Under the pieces are notes generated by a model. It saw only the letters and a program-made list of their open reading frames with translations, was not told where the DNA came from and searched no databases. Positions 61,351 to 64,000 of a DNA stretch of 64,000 nt are shown here, one piece after another; position 1 is the stretch's first letter; each line of letters begins with the position of its first letter. The position numbers and the translations under genes were made by a program. Source of the DNA: Lama guanicoe (Eukaryota); contig MU054033.1 of assembly GCA_013239625.1 (NCBI GenBank), forward strand, positions 496,001-560,000. Direction: 5' to 3'.

Positions 61351-62899
61351 AAAAGAAAGGAATTATCACAGCAGTGAGAAATACAGACACTTTCTCTTTT
61401 TCCAAGTGGATATCCAGGTGTCCCAACACCATTTCTTTATCTTTATACCCCACTGGTTTGCAGTGCCATTTTTATCATAAGCTGAGTTTCCATCCAGGCT
61501 TTACCATTCTCTTCTGTGATCTCTGTAGACGCTGCACTTGTGCATTATTTTATGAGTAAAGCTGTGTTGTGTTTTAATGTATCGCAGGGCTGGATACTCC
61601 CTCCTTCACCTTTGCTCTTCCTTTTGCTTTGTTTCTTGACTCTTCCTGTAGGGTTATTTTTCCATATGAGTTTTGGAATCTTCATGTCTAGTTTCAGAAG
61701 AAGTCTGGTTGATGTGTTTTTTTTTTAATTGGCATTGTGTTGGCTCTAAAATTAGGGAAATATTTGTGTTTCCATTTGTTCAGTTTTTTCTCTCTCCATT
61801 TTTTTTCAAAGGAGGGTTTTAAAAGTGCCTGCCAGTGGGATTTGCCCATTTCTGTTAAGTGTACCTGAAGTGGTTCTCCTGGCCTCCTTTCTGGTTGTTG
61901 TAAAAATGAGATTTATGACCATGTGGTGTCTCCTAAGTGGCTGCCTGTCTTCCTTTTTCCTCCCTCGTCTCCCTCCTCTCTTTCTTCCTTTTTGTATGAA
62001 GCTTGTTGTTTCTGGATGTTAACTTCCTGCCTTTTAAATAATGCTCTTTTGTTCGCGGTAGTTTTTGATTTGATTGTTTTGGGTTTGCTAGGTTTACAGT
62101 CATCATCTGTTAATGATTTTCCAAGCTTCTAAAATTTTAGTATTATAAAAATTGCTGCAGTCCCTGTGCACGTCTCCTTCTGTTCCTGTGAAGGAGTTCT
62201 GCATTAGTTCAGTGTATTTTTGGTATTGGTTCTGTTTTTGTAGTATTGTAAGGAGACTGAATTACGTATGTGGTTTATCAAAAGTATTCTGTCAGTGATT
62301 TTCAGTACTTGGTGTATTACAGGAGATTTGTTAGTGATAATAGTTAAATTATTGAAGTCTACAAAATTTTAAAGTAACACAATATGCTAATGGTAAAAAA
62401 AATAAATAAATAAAGCACCATGGAAGGGTGCCACCTCTTCACTTTCAGACCCTTTCATCAGAAGTAAAAACTTTAAACTCATCTTTTGAGTCCTTGCTGT
62501 GAATAATGATTTTATTCACTTCTTATTTGTTTACAGATAATTATTTTTATAGACAGTATGTGGACTTTTTTGATGTAAGATCAGAAAATATTTGCTATTC
62601 TCTTTCTTTCATCTTCTAACCTTCCAATTTCTGTCCTTTGTAACTTTGGTTCACATCAAAGTTTATGAGAGTTACATTTTTTCTGTCTTATAGTTATTCA
62701 GCGCTTTATCTATAGATTGACTATAAATAGGGGTTACAATATGAGTGATAGTAGTCATGCTGGACCCACCACCTTCAGTGTGTTTCTGGAAGAGCATATG
62801 TTTCATCTCCATCCCACAGCCCGAAGCCCGGGTGCTGTCATCTCTCATCAGAATCTCTGCAGGAGCCACTTGCTTGGAATCCCCCAAAATACTTTTGTT

Positions 62900-64000
62900 T
62901 TTCTTTTTTGTAAATTGAGTTGAAATTTCACACAATGCAGAATCTACCATTTTAACTTTTTAAAGGGTACACTCAGTGGTTTTTAGTTTATTCACTGTGT
63001 TGTACAACTGTCACCGTAGTCTTATTCCAAACACTTCCATTACCTTCAAAACAAACCCGTACTCCTTAGTCAGCCCCCGGTTTCCAGAAACTACTAATCT
63101 CTTTTCTGTCTTTTTGGGTTTGCCAACAGTAGATATTTCATAGAAACAGAATCATATACTATGTGACTTTCTGTGTCTGACTTCTTTCAGCTTAATGTTT
63201 TCAGAGTGCTTCTATGTTACAGCATGCGTCGACACTTGGTTCCTTTCTATGGCTGAGTAATATTCCATCGAATGATTATAGCTCATTTTGTTTGTTTTTG
63301 CTTTTTAGATATTCTGAGTAATGCTACTAAACTCTTGTATGCAGCTATTTGTTTGAACATGCGTTTCATTTCTCCCGGGTAGATACCTAGGAATAGAGCC
63401 ATTGGATCGTTTGGTAGTTTTTGTGCTGAGTTTTTGGGGGAACCACCAAACTGGTGTCCGTGGGGGCGCACCACTTCACGTTTTCATCGACACCGAATGA
63501 GTTCCTGTTTCTCCACATCATCATTGCCACTTGCCTCTTTGCGTTTGCTTAAATTTCAGCTGTCTTACTGGGTGTGAAGGGATCCCTCACTGTGGTTTAA
63601 GATTTGCATTTACCTGGTGACAAATGTTGAGTCTCGTTTCATTGGTGTATCTTCTTTGGAGAAATACCTGTCCAAATCCTTTGCCTGTTTTTCAGTCGGG
63701 CTGTCTTTTTCTGTGAGTAATAAGAATTCGTTGTGTAATCTGCACATTAACCCCGTATCAGGTATATGATTTGCAGATATTTTCTATTCTGTCGGTCGAT
63801 TTTTCCCTTCCTTGGTAGTTTTGATGAAGTCTGTTATATACACATATATATATATTTTAAAAAATTTATTGTTTGTGCTTTTGTTACCGTAAGACGCTGT
63901 TGCCTAATCCAGGGTCATGAAAATTTGTACCTATGCTTCCTTCTAAGAGTGTTACAGTTTTAGCTCTCTGTTATGCCTTGGGTCTATTTTGAGATAATTT
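62900..64000 (-). mobile_element. L1M (MB-like) 3' end, antisense, running off the window
   Basis: TTCACTGTGTTGTACAAC...TATGGCTGAGTAATATTCCAT...TCTTCTTTGGAGAAAT...TGATTTGCAGATATTTTCT. Confidence 0.85.

Noticed and set aside
1..64000. A novel multi-gene system (defence island, operon, intact retrovirus or autonomous transposon)
   Set aside because: Only two known host genes are present; all mobile elements are truncated or decayed, with no intact RT, integrase or transposase ORF.

Overview
Mammalian genomic DNA, not prokaryotic. It is most likely a camelid (alpaca, vicuna or camel), judged from tRNA-Ala(AGC)-derived SINEs of the Vic-1 type. The window holds the NFIL3 (E4BP4) gene on the + strand: a CpG-island promoter at about 8.7-10.4 kb broken by a 300-N assembly gap, an intron of about 12 kb, and one coding exon (CDS 21774-23159, 461 aa, AATAAA at 23430). 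About 31 kb further on, on the same strand, is exon 1 of AUH (CDS part 54277-54544), followed by an L1-rich intron 1 that runs off the window end. The rest is SINEs, L1 fragments (several with clear target-site duplications, two 5'-inverted), LTR remnants, a Charlie1 hAT fossil, micro- and minisatellites, and an orphan CpG island at about 30.1-30.8 kb. I found no convincing evidence of a new multi-gene biological system. The best leads are regulatory: NFIL3-type, RORE, GAS and AARE motifs in and around NFIL3, uORFs in its 5' UTR, a motif-rich solo LTR, and a minisatellite with higher-order structure next to the orphan island. Repeat family names come from remembered consensus sequences and need RepeatMasker/Dfam confirmation. 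Motif matches are by eye and were not tested for enrichment.
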